Below, one piece after another: positions 19,529-31,502 of a stretch of DNA of 64,000 bases; position 1 is the stretch's first letter, and each line of letters begins with the position of its first letter. The notes beneath the pieces are model-generated. The model did no database searches. It saw only the letters and a program-made list of their open reading frames with translations, and had not been told where the DNA came from. The stretch is from an uncultured Eubacterium sp. (lineage in GTDB: Bacteria; Bacillota; Clostridia; Oscillospirales; Acutalibacteraceae), in the NCBI GenBank assembly GCA_905234995.1, contig CAJOJV010000001.1, forward strand, positions 39,458 to 103,457, in the 5' to 3' direction. The translations under genes were made by a program, and so were the position numbers.

Positions 19529-22500
19529 TTAGTTATAAGCGCAGGGCTTTGACAGATAAAAGGAATAAAGCAGCGCCTCTTTTACCGGCTTTTGCAAAAC
19601 CTTTGCAACCGCCTCCTTATAAAAGGCTATCTGATTTCTGTACATATTCAGAAGCTCATCCTCATTTGCAACCCTGTCCGTCTTATAATCAACAAGCACA
19701 AGCTCGCCGTCTTCCTCAAAAACGCAGTCTGCAATGCCCTGAATAAGCACTCTGTCATCCTCATCGGCTGGAGCAGAGCCCGAGCTGACAAAGGTTGTAA
19801 CCTTGATTTCTTTATAAATTGCGTCTGAGCAGAACATTCTTTTTGCAAGCTCGCTTTTGAAAAATGCCGAAAGCGCTTCCCTGTTAAGTGAAGCCGCCTG
19901 TTCTTTCGTTATGAAGCCTTCGTCCGTAAGCCTTTCAATCTCTGCCTCCAAATCCGAATTTGCAGAATTATAATTGCAAAACTGCATAAAGGCGTGCATT
20001 GCAGTGCCTCTTTCGCTTGGAGACAATCCCTTGCTGCTCAGAAAGGCAGGCTTTGAGGTTGCAAAAAATTCAGCGCTTTTAATGCTCTCGTCAAGATCGG
20101 AGGCATTACGTTTTGCGGGAATTGCCGCAAGCTCGTACCTGTCACAGTTAAATGAAAGCCTATTTTTTATTTCGTCAATAACAGCCTGCGAAGGCGCGGC
20201 GGCAACAATAACTTCCGTTTTTTCAATATCCTCAACCGAATCAATAATTTCAATCGGCATATCAAAATCAGAATTACTAACGTTAACATTGATTTCACAA
20301 AGCTTTCGCAGCTCTGCTCCGTCCTTATGAATAAGAGCTGCAAGCAAAAGCAAATCGCCGTCGCACGAAATATTTCTGCAAAGGAAGGGATTTATCGTAC
20401 CGTCGGCAATTCTCGGCGCAAGCGTATTAATGCGCTTTTCGAGATTGTCAAGCGAAATAAACGAGATAAACTGCTCCTTAGCCCTTGTTACGGCGACGTA
20501 AAGCACGCGCAAATTCTCGCTCATTGATGCAGTTTTATTCAAATGCTTCAACGCTGTATACGGGATTGTTTCCGTCTGATACAAAAGCTCCTCATTATGT
20601 AGCTTAACGCCAAGCCCGAATTTATGATTGAGCAGCAGGCGGCTTTTCAAATCATCATAGTTATATTTCCGCTGCGTGCCCGCAAGAATAACAATGGGAA
20701 ATTCAAGCCCTTTTGAATGGTGAACGCTCATAATCGTTACGGCGTTTTCACCTGCAGAATTAACTGCTGCGCTTTCAACGGTTTTATCGCCGTTTTCAAG
20801 CTTATCAATAAGGCGCATAAACGCTGTTAAGCCAACGCTTTGTGTTGAATCAAAATATGCGGCAAGCTCAATAAGCTTATTGATATTTCTGCATCTCTGT
20901 TCACCGTTGCCGAGTGCGTTTGCGAATGCATAAAGGCTTTTATACTCGCAGATATAACGGATAAACGAGGCAACGGACATCGTAACGACAACCTTGCGAA
21001 GAAGCTCAAGCTCCTTTAAAAAGCTCTTAACCTTCTCAGACTGAGAAAGAATAATGCAGGAATAAAAGCTGTTTGCATTTTCATTCTCAAGCCTGATTTC
21101 AGCAAGCTCATCGGGAGTGAAGCCGTAAAGCGGAGACATCATAACCGCAAGAAGCGGCACCTCCTGACGAGGATTATCAATTACCTTAAGAAATGAAATC
21201 AGCATTTTGATTTCATTATTATCAAAAAGATTTGAGGAATTATCGCAAACGACGGGTATCCCACGCTCTGTAAGCGCCTCACTGTAAGCTCCTATATGGT
21301 TTTTCACGGAACGCAGAAGGATTACAAAATCGCTATAACGAACGTCTCTCAACGCTCCGTTTACAGATATCTGTTCTTTATTCATGATTTTATTCTGAAT
21401 AACAGAGGCAATATAAGCCGCTTCATTTTTATCGGTATCCGCGCCTTTTACGTTAGTCAATATCTTGATTTCGGCACTCGGCTGAGAGCTTTCGGGGTAA
21501 TCCGCCTGATAATTAAGATATTCCTCCTCCGTATAATCAAGCTCGCCTGTCTTGGCAGACATAAAGGCTGAAAACAGAAAATTTGTTAAATCGCAAATAC
21601 CCTGCCTTGAACGGAAGTTTTTATCAAGAATTATTTTAGATGAATCGGAATTATCGTTTTTGTTATAAAGCGGATAAGCCTCCTTCTTTTGATTGAATAA
21701 AAACGGCATTGCCAGTCGGAAGCGGTAAATGCTCTGCTTAACGTCGCCTACCATAAAGCGGTTTTTACCGTTTGAAAGCAGCTCAAAAAGCAAATCCTGC
21801 GCTTCGTTGGTATCCTGATATTCATCCACAAGGATTTCGTAATAACTGCTTTCAAGGTCCTTGGCAAGCGCGGATTTAACAAGCTTTCCGTTGCAGTCAA
21901 AATCAACTAAAAGATTGAGCGCAAAATGCTCAATATCGGAAAAGGTAAATGCGCTTTCCTCCTCCTTAAGTGCAAAGTACTCACTGTCAAATTCGGAAAC
22001 CACTTTGCAAAGCGTTTTAAGTATGGAGTATAAAATCTCGTTATCAGCCTTGAATTCCTGCTGAGTAGCGCAAAATACGTCGGCAAGGCTCACAATAATA
22101 TCTTTATAAAGGCTGCGCCTTGCGGCAACCTCCTCTTTATATGAAGGAGTATAACCTCTTACGTATTTTTGTGTAATAAATTTTGCTTTCTTAAATGCGG
22201 ATAAAGCATCATCCCATCCCTGATTCAATGCATTTTCAAGAGAAGCAAGCAGTGCTTTATCCTCATCAAGGGTTTCCGTGTACTTATCATAAGCATCATC
22301 TTCAACCAAAAAGGCATAGCAAGCCTCAAGTAAATCCTTAGCACAGGCAATGCCGTCCGAAACATATTCTTTAAGATAGTTATACCATTCGGAGTCTGTA
22401 AGCTCGTTTGCGGGATTATAGAACTCAGTCATATCCTCAAGCCATTTTAGCGGAAACGGCTGAGCGTAGATATAGTTATGCAGATTTTTAATAGTTGAAA

Positions 22501-23011
22501 TCAGCGATTTATCGTCCTTCGGAGGAGAAAGCATTTCGACAAGAGAAATGAAGCTGCTGTCCCTTTCCTCAAATAATCTGTCAAGAACATTGTTAATAGC
22601 CGTGTCAGCAATTATTTGCGCGCGTGCTTCGTCAAGAATGCTGAATTCCTGACTAATGCCGAGTTTAAATGCATTTTCCTTTGCAAGGTTAAGGCAGAAG
22701 GAATCAATCGTTGAAATGCTCGCATTCTGCAAAAGAGACATTTGCCGAAGAATATTGGCATTATTCGGTTGTTTCACGAGCATATCTGCCAAAGCTGAAG
22801 ATATTCTTGATTTCATTTCCGCAGCAGCAGGATTGGTGAAGGTTACAATAAGAAGTCTGTCAACGTCAACCGGCGTATCGGGAGCAGTTATCATTTTGAT
22901 TACGCGCTGAACGAGCACCGCCGTTTTGCCGGAACCTGCAGCGGCTGAAACTATCAGGTTTCTGTTTCTTGCATAAACAGCGTTTTCCTGAGCAGGAGTT
23001 AAACTAATCAT
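19529..23011 (-). CDS. addA: ATP-dependent helicase/nuclease subunit A
   Basis: 1160 aa. N-terminal UvrD-like helicase (AAGSGKT) and a C-terminal RecB-family nuclease (GIADCV...VDYKTD). Overlaps addB by 4 nt. Confidence 0.95.
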   Translation of the reverse strand: MISLTPAQENAVYARNRNLIVSAAAGSGKTAVLVQRVIKMITAPDTPVDVDRLLIVTFTNPAAAEMKSRISSALADMLVKQPNNANILRQMSLLQNASISTIDSFCLNLAKENAFKLGISQEFSILDEARAQIIADTAINNVLDRLFEERDSSFISLVEMLSPPKDDKSLISTIKNLHNYIYAQPFPLKWLEDMTEFYNPANELTDSEWYNYLKEYVSDGIACAKDLLEACYAFLVEDDAYDKYTETLDEDKALLASLENALNQGWDDALSAFKKAKFITQKYVRGYTPSYKEEVAARRSLYKDIIVSLADVFCATQQEFKADNEILYSILKTLCKVVSEFDSEYFALKEEESAFTFSDIEHFALNLLVDFDCNGKLVKSALAKDLESSYYEILVDEYQDTNEAQDLLFELLSNGKNRFMVGDVKQSIYRFRLAMPFLFNQKKEAYPLYNKNDNSDSSKIILDKNFRSRQGICDLTNFLFSAFMSAKTGELDYTEEEYLNYQADYPESSQPSAEIKILTNVKGADTDKNEAAYIASVIQNKIMNKEQISVNGALRDVRYSDFVILLRSVKNHIGAYSEALTERGIPVVCDNSSNLFDNNEIKMLISFLKVIDNPRQEVPLLAVMMSPLYGFTPDELAEIRLENENANSFYSCIILSQSEKVKSFLKELELLRKVVVTMSVASFIRYICEYKSLYAFANALGNGEQRCRNINKLIELAAYFDSTQSVGLTAFMRLIDKLENGDKTVESAAVNSAGENAVTIMSVHHSKGLEFPIVILAGTQRKYNYDDLKSRLLLNHKFGLGVKLHNEELLYQTETIPYTALKHLNKTASMSENLRVLYVAVTRAKEQFISFISLDNLEKRINTLAPRIADGTINPFLCRNISCDGDLLLLAALIHKDGAELRKLCEINVNVSNSDFDMPIEIIDSVEDIEKTEVIVAAAPSQAVIDEIKNRLSFNCDRYELAAIPAKRNASDLDESIKSAEFFATSKPAFLSSKGLSPSERGTAMHAFMQFCNYNSANSDLEAEIERLTDEGFITKEQAASLNREALSAFFKSELAKRMFCSDAIYKEIKVTTFVSSGSAPADEDDRVLIQGIADCVFEEDGELVLVDYKTDRVANEDELLNMYRNQIAFYKEAVAKVLQKPVKEALLYSFYLSKPCAYN

Positions 23012-26000
23012 TCCGTTTCCTCCTTTAAAATCTCAACAACCTCTTCATCGGAATATGTATCCATTTCCCTGTTATTAATAATTCTCCTTGCGGCGCAAAC
23101 CTCCGAATAATCGCAGAATTCGCAGGTCTTATCATGATTAGAGCCATTTATCGGGTTCTGATTAATAAGTCCGTGATGAAGATTATTTCCCATTTCGGCA
23201 AGCAAGGAATCCACCTTGCGGCTGATTTTGCCAAGCTGCTCATATGAAGCAAAGCAGCCCTTTAAGCCCTTTGAATTAACATAAACGGGAATATACTTGC
23301 CCTTTAAATCCTTTTCCATAGCTTCAAGGATATCGTGCTGCTCGTCGTAAAGAACGACGCCCTTCATCTTGTATTCCTTATTGTCGCTCTTTGCAATTTC
23401 TGCTTCGGCGGAATTACGCGGAATGCTGTAAATACCCCTTGCTGCATGCATATAGAGCACGCCTGCGGGGATGCCGCTGTACTCGCTGTCCTTATCCTTG
23501 CAGAGGTTGAACAGGTAAATAAACATCTGCAGATTGAGTCCGTAAAGCACGTCGGCAAGTCTAAAGGTTTTTGTTCCTGACTTATAATCAACAACCCTTA
23601 TATATTTTTCACTGCCCTTTTCATAAACGTCAACTCTGTCAACAGAGCCTCTGATTTGCAGCGTGCCGCTTTCAAGATTAACAATCTGCGGTTTAACCTC
23701 TCCGTCCTTGTCAATTTTAAGCTCAAATGCTTTAGCCTCAAAAAGGCTTTGCGAAAACTCGTCCTTAAGTCTTAATACAACACTGTTAAGCATTTTGGAA
23801 AGCCGCATAAACTGAAATCTGAAGCGGGTTGAAAAATCCTCCGTGCTTCCCATATTGCTGCTGAAGTATTCCTCTAGATACTTATCAACGAGCACCTTGA
23901 TTTCAAGATCTGACTTTACGGATAATTCCCGTGAGCCGACCTCGGAAATTATTTTTTCAAGCACGAAATGAATAACCGTTCCCGTTTCCATTGCATTCAT
24001 CTGCGCCTTTTCACGCGGCTTTGCGCCAAGCCCGAATTTGCAGAAATATCTGAACGCGCAGTTAAAATAATCCTCAACCTTTGAGGCGGAAATATACATA
24101 TCCTCAGAAAACAGCGCAGTTGCATTTTCTTCATTATGAATTTTCAAATCAGCATTTTCCGAAAGCAGAGCAACTGCATTATAGCGTCCGTCACCTGAAA
24201 AATACTGTTTGAGCGATTCGGAAAATTCAGTGTTATCGGCAAAGCATTCAGCCATAAGCTCAAATGCGGATGAACGGCTTTCAATCAAATCAAGCTTATC
24301 AATATCGGAAAAGCTGATTTCCTCAAGACTCGGAAAAATACTTTTTAGAGATGAAACTATCGAAGAAGCTCCTTCGTTTTTATTACCCGCAGCGTACGTT
24401 ATGCAGAGCTTTTCGGAAGCAACGCTCGCCGCCATATATGCAAAATATCTTTCCTGAAAGTTAAGCGTTTCACCGAAGGAATACAGATTAAAATCATTGC
24501 TGCTGAGAATAACTCTGTCTGCTTCAGAAAGAAGTCCGCCGCTCGTTATGCTTCTCGGAAATTCGCCTTCGTTTGCACCGAGAATGAAAACGACGCGCGG
24601 ATTATCAGCTCTGATTCTGTCAGCCTGACCGAGCTGAACATTATCAAGTCCGCTCGGAAGAACGCCCAAATCCTCATTAAGAATAATAAGATTGAACAGC
24701 TCATAAAACTCCTTAATGCTGATTTGCTCATCACCCAAAACAACGGCAAGGTCATTAAGTATACGCATAAGTAAATCCCAGATACGCTCCTGCTCATCGG
24801 AAAGCATATCCTTACCGAAATCCTTAAGATAAAAAGCGAGCTGCTTAAGATTAGAATTTGCCTTAAAGGAAAGCAGAGTATTATATATCGCTTCACTGAT
24901 ATCCCTTGCGGATGCGTTTTTAGTTTTGAATTTAAAGCTGTTGATTTTAGAATATAGATAGCTCCTTGCAGACTCAACCCTATTTATCTCAGCCGAATCG
25001 GCTTTGCTGATATGGGAGGTGAAACCCTTTGTTGAAGCAGTGAATTCCTTTTCCCACTTGCGAACGCCGCTGATATTCCAGACATATACGTAGTTTTCAA
25101 GCGCGTTAATATCCTCGTCCGAAAGCTCAGTAAGACCCGTTTTGGCAAGACTTAATACATCTTCGGAACGGAAGGAATATATAACGCTGCGCAGCAGATA
25201 ATTAACGAACACCATAAGCGGCTGCATTTTGATTGCCTGACGCTCATCGTCAAAATAAGGAATCTCATATTTTCTGAAAGAGCTCATCAGCTCGCCCGAA
25301 TATTTATCAATATCTCTGCATATTACAGCAATTTCCTTAGCCTTAACGCCTTTCCTGATGTATTTTTTTATCATTAAGCTTATGTAATCACATTCCTCGG
25401 CAACGTCCTTGCCCTTGAAAATCTTAATATTATCAACAGGCTTTTCAAATTTATGAGGATTAGAGTTAAAGAAATTCCTTTCACAAAATATAAGCTCTTC
25501 ATTTTCTGTTCTGTGATTCTTATCAAGATTTATATACTGAACATCAATTCCGTTTTCATTTGCTGTATTATCAAGCGTTTTGGCAGTTTTATTTACGTAA
25601 GAAAACAGATTGTACTTATCATTATCAAAGAAAGAATCCGTGCAGAGAGTCACAGTTACGGTATCAGCCTGCTTAATAAGCAGCTCAAGCAGTTTTATTT
25701 CATTGGCAACGAAGCCGTTGAAGCCGTCAATAAACACGTGTTTACCGTTAAGATATTCTGATTTAACAAGCTTCTCGTAAAGCCTTGAAAGCTCGTCAGA
25801 GGAGTCATAATACTTACCGTCAATGAGTTTCTGATAGCTGTCAAAAATCAAGCCGAAATCGTGCAGCTTGCCCGCAAGCACTTCCCTATCAATGCTGTTG
25901 CAAGCGGAAAGCATATCCTCAGCGGAGATATTGCAGGATTTCATTTCGTCATATATTTTAATGATTGAATTGATGAAGGAGGAATATTCCGTTTTCTGAG

Positions 26001-26322
26001 TAAATACTGTTAACTCATCTGCAACCGATGATATAGCCTTTTTCATCAAAACAGCTTTTGCGCCCTTTGAAAGCACGGGCAGCATTTCTCCGCCGAATTT
26101 ATTCTTAATCAAATTTGATAGCCTTGAAAAGCTGAGATTTTCAACACTGTTAATTCTGCTTTCTCCAAGCAGTGTGAGTAGCTTTTTTTCTGCAGTAAAA
26201 TTATACTGCTCAGGTGTGAGCAGTATAATTTCTTCTTTACCTGAATCAACAAGCCTTTTGATTTCGTTAAAGCAATATTCTGTTTTTCCGTAGCCTGAAC
26301 GGCCAAAAACAAATTTCAGCAT
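23008..26322 (-). CDS. addB: ATP-dependent helicase/nuclease subunit B
   Basis: 1104 aa with N-terminal GRSGYGKT. The C-terminal nuclease (VVDYKSG) has Fe-S cluster cysteines (CEFCDYSEVC). Confidence 0.95.
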   Translation of the reverse strand: MLKFVFGRSGYGKTEYCFNEIKRLVDSGKEEIILLTPEQYNFTAEKKLLTLLGESRINSVENLSFSRLSNLIKNKFGGEMLPVLSKGAKAVLMKKAISSVADELTVFTQKTEYSSFINSIIKIYDEMKSCNISAEDMLSACNSIDREVLAGKLHDFGLIFDSYQKLIDGKYYDSSDELSRLYEKLVKSEYLNGKHVFIDGFNGFVANEIKLLELLIKQADTVTVTLCTDSFFDNDKYNLFSYVNKTAKTLDNTANENGIDVQYINLDKNHRTENEELIFCERNFFNSNPHKFEKPVDNIKIFKGKDVAEECDYISLMIKKYIRKGVKAKEIAVICRDIDKYSGELMSSFRKYEIPYFDDERQAIKMQPLMVFVNYLLRSVIYSFRSEDVLSLAKTGLTELSDEDINALENYVYVWNISGVRKWEKEFTASTKGFTSHISKADSAEINRVESARSYLYSKINSFKFKTKNASARDISEAIYNTLLSFKANSNLKQLAFYLKDFGKDMLSDEQERIWDLLMRILNDLAVVLGDEQISIKEFYELFNLIILNEDLGVLPSGLDNVQLGQADRIRADNPRVVFILGANEGEFPRSITSGGLLSEADRVILSSNDFNLYSFGETLNFQERYFAYMAASVASEKLCITYAAGNKNEGASSIVSSLKSIFPSLEEISFSDIDKLDLIESRSSAFELMAECFADNTEFSESLKQYFSGDGRYNAVALLSENADLKIHNEENATALFSEDMYISASKVEDYFNCAFRYFCKFGLGAKPREKAQMNAMETGTVIHFVLEKIISEVGSRELSVKSDLEIKVLVDKYLEEYFSSNMGSTEDFSTRFRFQFMRLSKMLNSVVLRLKDEFSQSLFEAKAFELKIDKDGEVKPQIVNLESGTLQIRGSVDRVDVYEKGSEKYIRVVDYKSGTKTFRLADVLYGLNLQMFIYLFNLCKDKDSEYSGIPAGVLYMHAARGIYSIPRNSAEAEIAKSDNKEYKMKGVVLYDEQHDILEAMEKDLKGKYIPVYVNSKGLKGCFASYEQLGKISRKVDSLLAEMGNNLHHGLINQNPINGSNHDKTCEFCDYSEVCAARRIINNREMDTYSDEEVVEILKEETE

Positions 26323-27839
26323 TATAACACCTTATCAAATCCGGATAAATCAAGCTTATCAAATTTTGCAAAAAAAGCCTTCAACTCTCGCAGAATCTCT
26401 TTGCAGACGCCCTCGTTATCATTTTCAATGTTGAGCGGCAAAATCGGGTCGTGAACGGAGAGGCGAAGCAAGAACCAACCGCCCTCAATATTAATTCTTA
26501 CGCCCTCATAATTCTCCTTTTCAAGCTCAAAGCCGTCGCGCGCTGCAGCATATGCGGTAAGCTCTGAAATAACGTTTTCGCCGTAAGCTTTGAAATCGTC
26601 AAGAAGAATAGGCAGCCTTACTTCAGTGCTTTCGGCAGGCTCCTTTAAATCTGAAATAAGCTCGTTAACATCCCTGCCCTGCTTTTTCAGCTTTGCAAGA
26701 AGGCAAACGATTTTAGTTGCAAGATATGCGCCGTCGTCAAGAAAATAATTTTCCTTAAGGGCTGCGTGTCCGCTCGTTTCAATTGCAAGCGGAGAATTAA
26801 CGCCGCCGCTGTTAAGCTCAACCGCTTTATCAATAACGTTTTTATAGCCGCGCTTAAAACGAAGCTGCCTGCCTCCAAGCTTATTTTCAATAAAGTCACG
26901 CAAGCCGTCCGAGGTTAAGCTGTCGGTAACTACAACGCCGCCCTCATTTTTTTCAAGCGCAATTAACGAAGCAAGCGCAACAAGTCGGTTTCTGTTAATC
27001 TCTTTACCGTTCGAAGAAACGCAGGCGGCGCGGTCAACGTCCGTGTCAAATATCAATCCCAAATCCGATTTCGAATTAATTACCATATAGGATGCCGCTT
27101 TGATTGCTGCCTTATTTTCGGGATTAGGAATATGATTCGGAAACATTCCGTCAGGCTCTAAAAACTGACTGCCTCTGACGTCGGCACCAAGGGGCGCGAG
27201 CACCTTTTCTGCATAAAAGCCGCCGGCGCCGTTACCCGCATCAACGGAAATCTTTAGGCCGGTGAGGGGCTTATCGCCATTGTCAACCTCTTTGATTATG
27301 ATATTCCTGAGGTGTGCTGAGTAATCATCCATAAAGGGATAATCAAAAACATCACCTTTTTCTGTAGAATCGCTGCTTATATTAGCGGCAAGCTTAAGAA
27401 TATCCTTAACGTCGCTTCCCTCAAGTCCTCCGTCAGAAGTAAAAAATTTAAGTCCGTTTCTCTGATACGGGTGATGGGAAGCAGTAATTTCAAGCGCTGC
27501 ATCAGCTTTAACGCCGTCGAATTCAAGCACCGTGCTCATAAACATAGCAGGTGTTGAGGCAAGCCCGAAGTTATAAATTGTGCAGCCGCAATCAGAAAAT
27601 GCCGAAATTGCAGCGGATGAAATCCTCTCAGCGGATATTCTTGAATCATGACCGATTGCAATTATGCCAAGCTTCCTTCCGAATTTTTCTTTATACCATT
27701 TTGCAAATGCAAGGCAGATATTGTAAACCGTCTCGTCAGTAAGCTCAACCGCTTCCGTTTCCGTTTCAACGGCAACGCCGCGAATATCAGTGCCGCTCTT
27801 AAGCTTTAAATACTTATCTTCTGTAGTTTTCTGCATCAA
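26322..27839 (-). CDS. phosphomannomutase/phosphoglucomutase family protein
   Basis: 505 aa with the phosphoserine loop TASHHP and the Mg site FDTDVDR. It has the four-domain length of an alpha-D-phosphohexomutase. Confidence 0.9.
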   Translation of the reverse strand: MMQKTTEDKYLKLKSGTDIRGVAVETETEAVELTDETVYNICLAFAKWYKEKFGRKLGIIAIGHDSRISAERISSAAISAFSDCGCTIYNFGLASTPAMFMSTVLEFDGVKADAALEITASHHPYQRNGLKFFTSDGGLEGSDVKDILKLAANISSDSTEKGDVFDYPFMDDYSAHLRNIIIKEVDNGDKPLTGLKISVDAGNGAGGFYAEKVLAPLGADVRGSQFLEPDGMFPNHIPNPENKAAIKAASYMVINSKSDLGLIFDTDVDRAACVSSNGKEINRNRLVALASLIALEKNEGGVVVTDSLTSDGLRDFIENKLGGRQLRFKRGYKNVIDKAVELNSGGVNSPLAIETSGHAALKENYFLDDGAYLATKIVCLLAKLKKQGRDVNELISDLKEPAESTEVRLPILLDDFKAYGENVISELTAYAAARDGFELEKENYEGVRINIEGGWFLLRLSVHDPILPLNIENDNEGVCKEILRELKAFFAKFDKLDLSGFDKVL

Positions 27840-28530
27840 TTATCCCCTCGTTAAACGCGTTATCGTAAGCCTCAATCAAAAATTCATACATTGGTGACGA
27901 AACGGAAATCATATATCTCATCTCATCAACGATATCCGTTGTTTCAATTTTCTTTAAATCGGGGCTGTAATGAACAAATTCCATATTCTTTACGTTAAGA
28001 TATTTTTTCAGCTCCTCGGGCGCGTCAGGAACTCTGTCCTTTTTATAAGCATCCCAAAAGCCGAATTTTAACCCTGCCTGTTCAGCTGCAGCAACGGCGT
28101 CAAGCCATCTTTCGGGTTCCTTTAAAATCAACTGCCTGATAAAATCAAACTGTGCAGGCTTAGCCATAAAAACAGCCAAGCCGTAAGTATAGCCCTCAGG
28201 CGTGAATTCAAACCAATAGAACGGAGCAAACGGATAGGCAACCTTATTTCTTCTGAGCATAAGCCAAAGATTTTCACGGTAAAGCAATTTATTATTAGTG
28301 CGTCTCGTATCTCTTCTGACTCTTGAAACAAGATAAGTCGGATTAGTATCAATAAGCGGGTCCAAATCAGTGCACAGATCAGATAAATCCAGAATCATCT
28401 GCCTCATCGGAACGGTTGCACCCTGCTTTATTTCCTCCTTGTGCTCCTCATAAAACGCTTTTGAATTATTAAAACGATTTAAAGCAAGAAGCTCAATGGC
28501 TTCACTTTTTATACCGGAATAATTATACAT
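27814..28530 (-). CDS. DUF2461 (TIGR02453-like) family protein
   Basis: 238 aa. The N-terminal pattern ...LALNRFNNSKAFYEEHKEEI resembles the DUF2461 family. Function is unknown. Confidence 0.65.
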   Translation of the reverse strand: MYNYSGIKSEAIELLALNRFNNSKAFYEEHKEEIKQGATVPMRQMILDLSDLCTDLDPLIDTNPTYLVSRVRRDTRRTNNKLLYRENLWLMLRRNKVAYPFAPFYWFEFTPEGYTYGLAVFMAKPAQFDFIRQLILKEPERWLDAVAAAEQAGLKFGFWDAYKKDRVPDAPEELKKYLNVKNMEFVHYSPDLKKIETTDIVDEMRYMISVSSPMYEFLIEAYDNAFNEGIIDAENYRR

Positions 28531-29788
28531 CTAACAGTCCTCTTTCCAGCATTTTCTGCGCGGCTAACATCGCGCAGAGCTTAGCACTGTGGAAGGTTAA
28601 TCCACCCTGAATCCAGGCGTAATACGGTTCTCTGATAGGAGCGTCTGCCGAAAGCTCAATTGAAGAGCCCATAGTAAACGCGCCTGCTGCCATAACAACC
28701 TGACTTTCATAGCCCGGCATATCCCAGGGCTCAGGAGAAACGAAGCTGTCAATAGGGCTTCCGCTTTGAATACCCTGACAAAAGGCAACAAGGCTTTCGG
28801 GATTTTCAAGCCCGAGGGACTGTACGATATCTCCTCGCTCAGCATCAAAGGCTGGAGTGGTTTTATACCCGAAGCCGCCGAACAGAGCAGCAATATAAAT
28901 TGCGCTTTTAAGCGCCTCGCCGACGGTATGCGGAGCATAGAATAAGCCCATATAAAGCTCACGATTCATTCCAAGGGTTGCGCCAACCTCCTTGCCGAGC
29001 CCCGGAGTTGTTAATCTGTAAGCGCATTTTTCAACCAAATCGTGCCTGCCCGCAATATAACCGCCCGTCGTGGCAATACCGCCGCCCGCGTTTTTAATCA
29101 GTGAGCCTGCAATCAAGTCCGCACCAACATTTGTCGGCTCAAGCTTTTCAACGAATTCACCGTAGCAGTTATCAACCATAACGATAACGTTCGGATTCTT
29201 TGCTTTAGCTATTTTAACAAGCTTTTCAATCTCGCTTATTACAAGGCTCGGTCTGAGTTCATAGCCACGGCTGCGCTGAATATATACCATCGTTACGCTT
29301 TCATCAACTGCTGCTTCAATTGCGTCATAATAAAGCCTGCCATCTTTAAGCGGAATCTCATCATACGCAACACCGAAATCCTTAAGAGATCCCATTTCAG
29401 ATCCTTTAATGCCGATTACGTTGTGAATGGTGTCATAAGGAGTGCCGGTTACGCAGAGCATTTTGTCACCCGGGCGAAGAACTCCGAAAAGCGCCGTTGC
29501 GAGCGTATGAGTGCCGCAAGTGAAATTGTGACGAACGAGCGCATCCTCAGCCCCGAAAACGTCAGCCCAGATTTTATCAAGCGTTTCCCTGCCCCTGTCG
29601 CCGTAACCGTATCCCGTTGTCGGAACAAAATGACTTTCCGAAACGCCGTGCTTAATAAAAGCGGATATAACCTTTTGCTGATTATATTCGGCAATATCTT
29701 CAATTTTTTCAAACTGAGTTTTAGCCGTTTCAAGCGCTTTTGCCGAAGCGGCTTCAATTCTTTCATCAAATTTGAAAAAGCTGTTCAT
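28523..29788 (-). CDS. PLP-dependent aluminium-resistance/YnbB (methionine gamma-lyase-like) family protein
   Basis: 421 aa. The TTGYGYGDRGRETLD motif near the N-terminus is characteristic of the Met_gamma_lyase/YnbB family. Confidence 0.8.
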   Translation of the reverse strand: MNSFFKFDERIEAASAKALETAKTQFEKIEDIAEYNQQKVISAFIKHGVSESHFVPTTGYGYGDRGRETLDKIWADVFGAEDALVRHNFTCGTHTLATALFGVLRPGDKMLCVTGTPYDTIHNVIGIKGSEMGSLKDFGVAYDEIPLKDGRLYYDAIEAAVDESVTMVYIQRSRGYELRPSLVISEIEKLVKIAKAKNPNVIVMVDNCYGEFVEKLEPTNVGADLIAGSLIKNAGGGIATTGGYIAGRHDLVEKCAYRLTTPGLGKEVGATLGMNRELYMGLFYAPHTVGEALKSAIYIAALFGGFGYKTTPAFDAERGDIVQSLGLENPESLVAFCQGIQSGSPIDSFVSPEPWDMPGYESQVVMAAGAFTMGSSIELSADAPIREPYYAWIQGGLTFHSAKLCAMLAAQKMLERGLLDV

Positions 29789-30507
29789 TTATACATTCTC
29801 CATTTTCCGCAGTTTTCAAAGCCGAGCGCTTTATAAAAATGCTCGTTTCTGCCCTCTTCGCGCATCAGATAAACCGTGCCCTTAACGTCACAGCACATAG
29901 CAGAAACAAGCGAAGAAGCATAGCCCCTGCCTCTGTATTCAGGCTTAGTCTGAACGGCTGATAAAACAGCGTCGTCATTATAAATTGATGAAAAAATCGC
30001 CGAAGATACTATTTCATCATCTATATTAACTGTATAAGCCTTTGATGCTCCGTGCCTTATTCTGTGGCTGATGTCAACATACCAAGACTCAAAGTCAACG
30101 TCAGGATAATCAATAAAATTGAATAAATCATAAAGATGCGGATATTCATCAATAACGCGGTAATCGCAGGGCAATTCGATTTTTTTTGAGCTTTTCATTA
30201 TTTCGCCGTAAGAATAGCTTTTATCAAGCACAAATTCATCAGCGCAAAACAAGCTTGAATAACCGACAAAGCTCAGAAAATCAGTTAATTCATCATAATC
30301 AGCCTTACTCTTAACGGCAAGTGTGATTACCTTATCAAGCGAGGACATTATTGCCGTAACATTGCCGTCGTCATCAAGCTGCCTGTAAAAGCTGACAAAC
30401 GGATACTTAAAACCATATGCATTTGCAAGCGAAAACACTCTGACAGAAAATATATCCGTTTGCTTGAACTCCGTTAATTCGGACATTTCACTGATTTGTT
30501 CAATCAT
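29785..30507 (-). CDS. GNAT family N-acetyltransferase
   Basis: The C-terminal GNAT core has the RGRGYASSLV acetyl-CoA loop. The ATG at 30507 forms an ATGA overlap with the upstream stop, whereas the track start at 30516 is a TTG. Confidence 0.75.
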   Translation of the reverse strand: MIEQISEMSELTEFKQTDIFSVRVFSLANAYGFKYPFVSFYRQLDDDGNVTAIMSSLDKVITLAVKSKADYDELTDFLSFVGYSSLFCADEFVLDKSYSYGEIMKSSKKIELPCDYRVIDEYPHLYDLFNFIDYPDVDFESWYVDISHRIRHGASKAYTVNIDDEIVSSAIFSSIYNDDAVLSAVQTKPEYRGRGYASSLVSAMCCDVKGTVYLMREEGRNEHFYKALGFENCGKWRMYK

Positions 30508-31502
30508 AAAATACAATCCATAAATGCTTTTAAAAACTTCTTTGTTTCTTCAATATCGTTCTTTTTAACAACGCTTGCGCCCGAATGAATATATCTGCAG
30601 GGCAAGGAAATTGCAAGCACGCGGCTTCCCTTGCCGCTTGTCTGAATTGCGCCGGCGTCGTTACCGCCTGCAATTCGGGTTTTAGTCTGCGCCTTAATAC
30701 CGTTAGCTTTCGCACATTCCATCGCCGCATTATAAAGAGATTTATCGTAAATAGTGCGCCTGTCCATAAAGGAAATAACAGGACCCTCGCCGAGCACGCA
30801 GCAGCGGTCAGCGCCCGAAACGCCGTCCAAATCAGCGGCAGTTGTTGCCTCAAGAACAATTGAAATATCGGGCTTAACCGAATACGCAGTGCACGCAGCG
30901 CCGCGAAGCCCAACCTCCTCCTGAACGTTGAAGCAGAAATACGCGCTGTATTTTAAATCGCTCTTAATTAATTCAAACAGCAAATAGCAGCCGAGCCTGT
31001 CATCAAGAGCCTTTGATTTTATATAACCGTTGCCGAATTCAAGATATTCAGACTCAAAATATACGGTATCGCCGAGAGCGGCGTATTTTTCAGCCTCTTC
31101 CCTGCTTTCAGCACCGATATCAACATAAAGCTTATCAAAGCTTGGAGCCTTTTTCTTTTCATCTGACGAAAGAAGATGAACTGCCTTTGAGCCGATTACT
31201 CCCAATCTGCCGTTAACGCTTACACGTCTTCCGATAACAACACGTGGGTCAATACCGCCTACGGGGCATATTTTAAGATAGCCATCATCGGTAATATAAT
31301 TGATTATAAAGCCTACCTCATCAATGTGAGCGCAAAGCATTATTTTCTTTTCAGGCTCAAATTCACCTTTTTTATATGCAATAACAGAGCCGAGTGAATC
31401 AACGCTGAATTCACAGTAATCCTTAATCTGGTTAATTACATAATCTCTTACGGCGGCTTCTCTGCCAGAGGTTCCGTTTAAAAGGCATAATTCCTTAAGC
31501 AT
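30504..31502 (-). CDS. M42 family glutamyl aminopeptidase/endoglucanase-like peptidase
   Basis: MLKELCLLNGTSGRE...HIDEVGF...DDR.G...QEEVGLRGA pattern of the M42 family. An AGGTGA SD precedes the ATG at 31502, so the track start at 31538 was trimmed. Confidence 0.9.
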   Translation of the reverse strand: MLKELCLLNGTSGREAAVRDYVINQIKDYCEFSVDSLGSVIAYKKGEFEPEKKIMLCAHIDEVGFIINYITDDGYLKICPVGGIDPRVVIGRRVSVNGRLGVIGSKAVHLLSSDEKKKAPSFDKLYVDIGAESREEAEKYAALGDTVYFESEYLEFGNGYIKSKALDDRLGCYLLFELIKSDLKYSAYFCFNVQEEVGLRGAACTAYSVKPDISIVLEATTAADLDGVSGADRCCVLGEGPVISFMDRRTIYDKSLYNAAMECAKANGIKAQTKTRIAGGNDAGAIQTSGKGSRVLAISLPCRYIHSGASVVKKNDIEETKKFLKAFMDCIL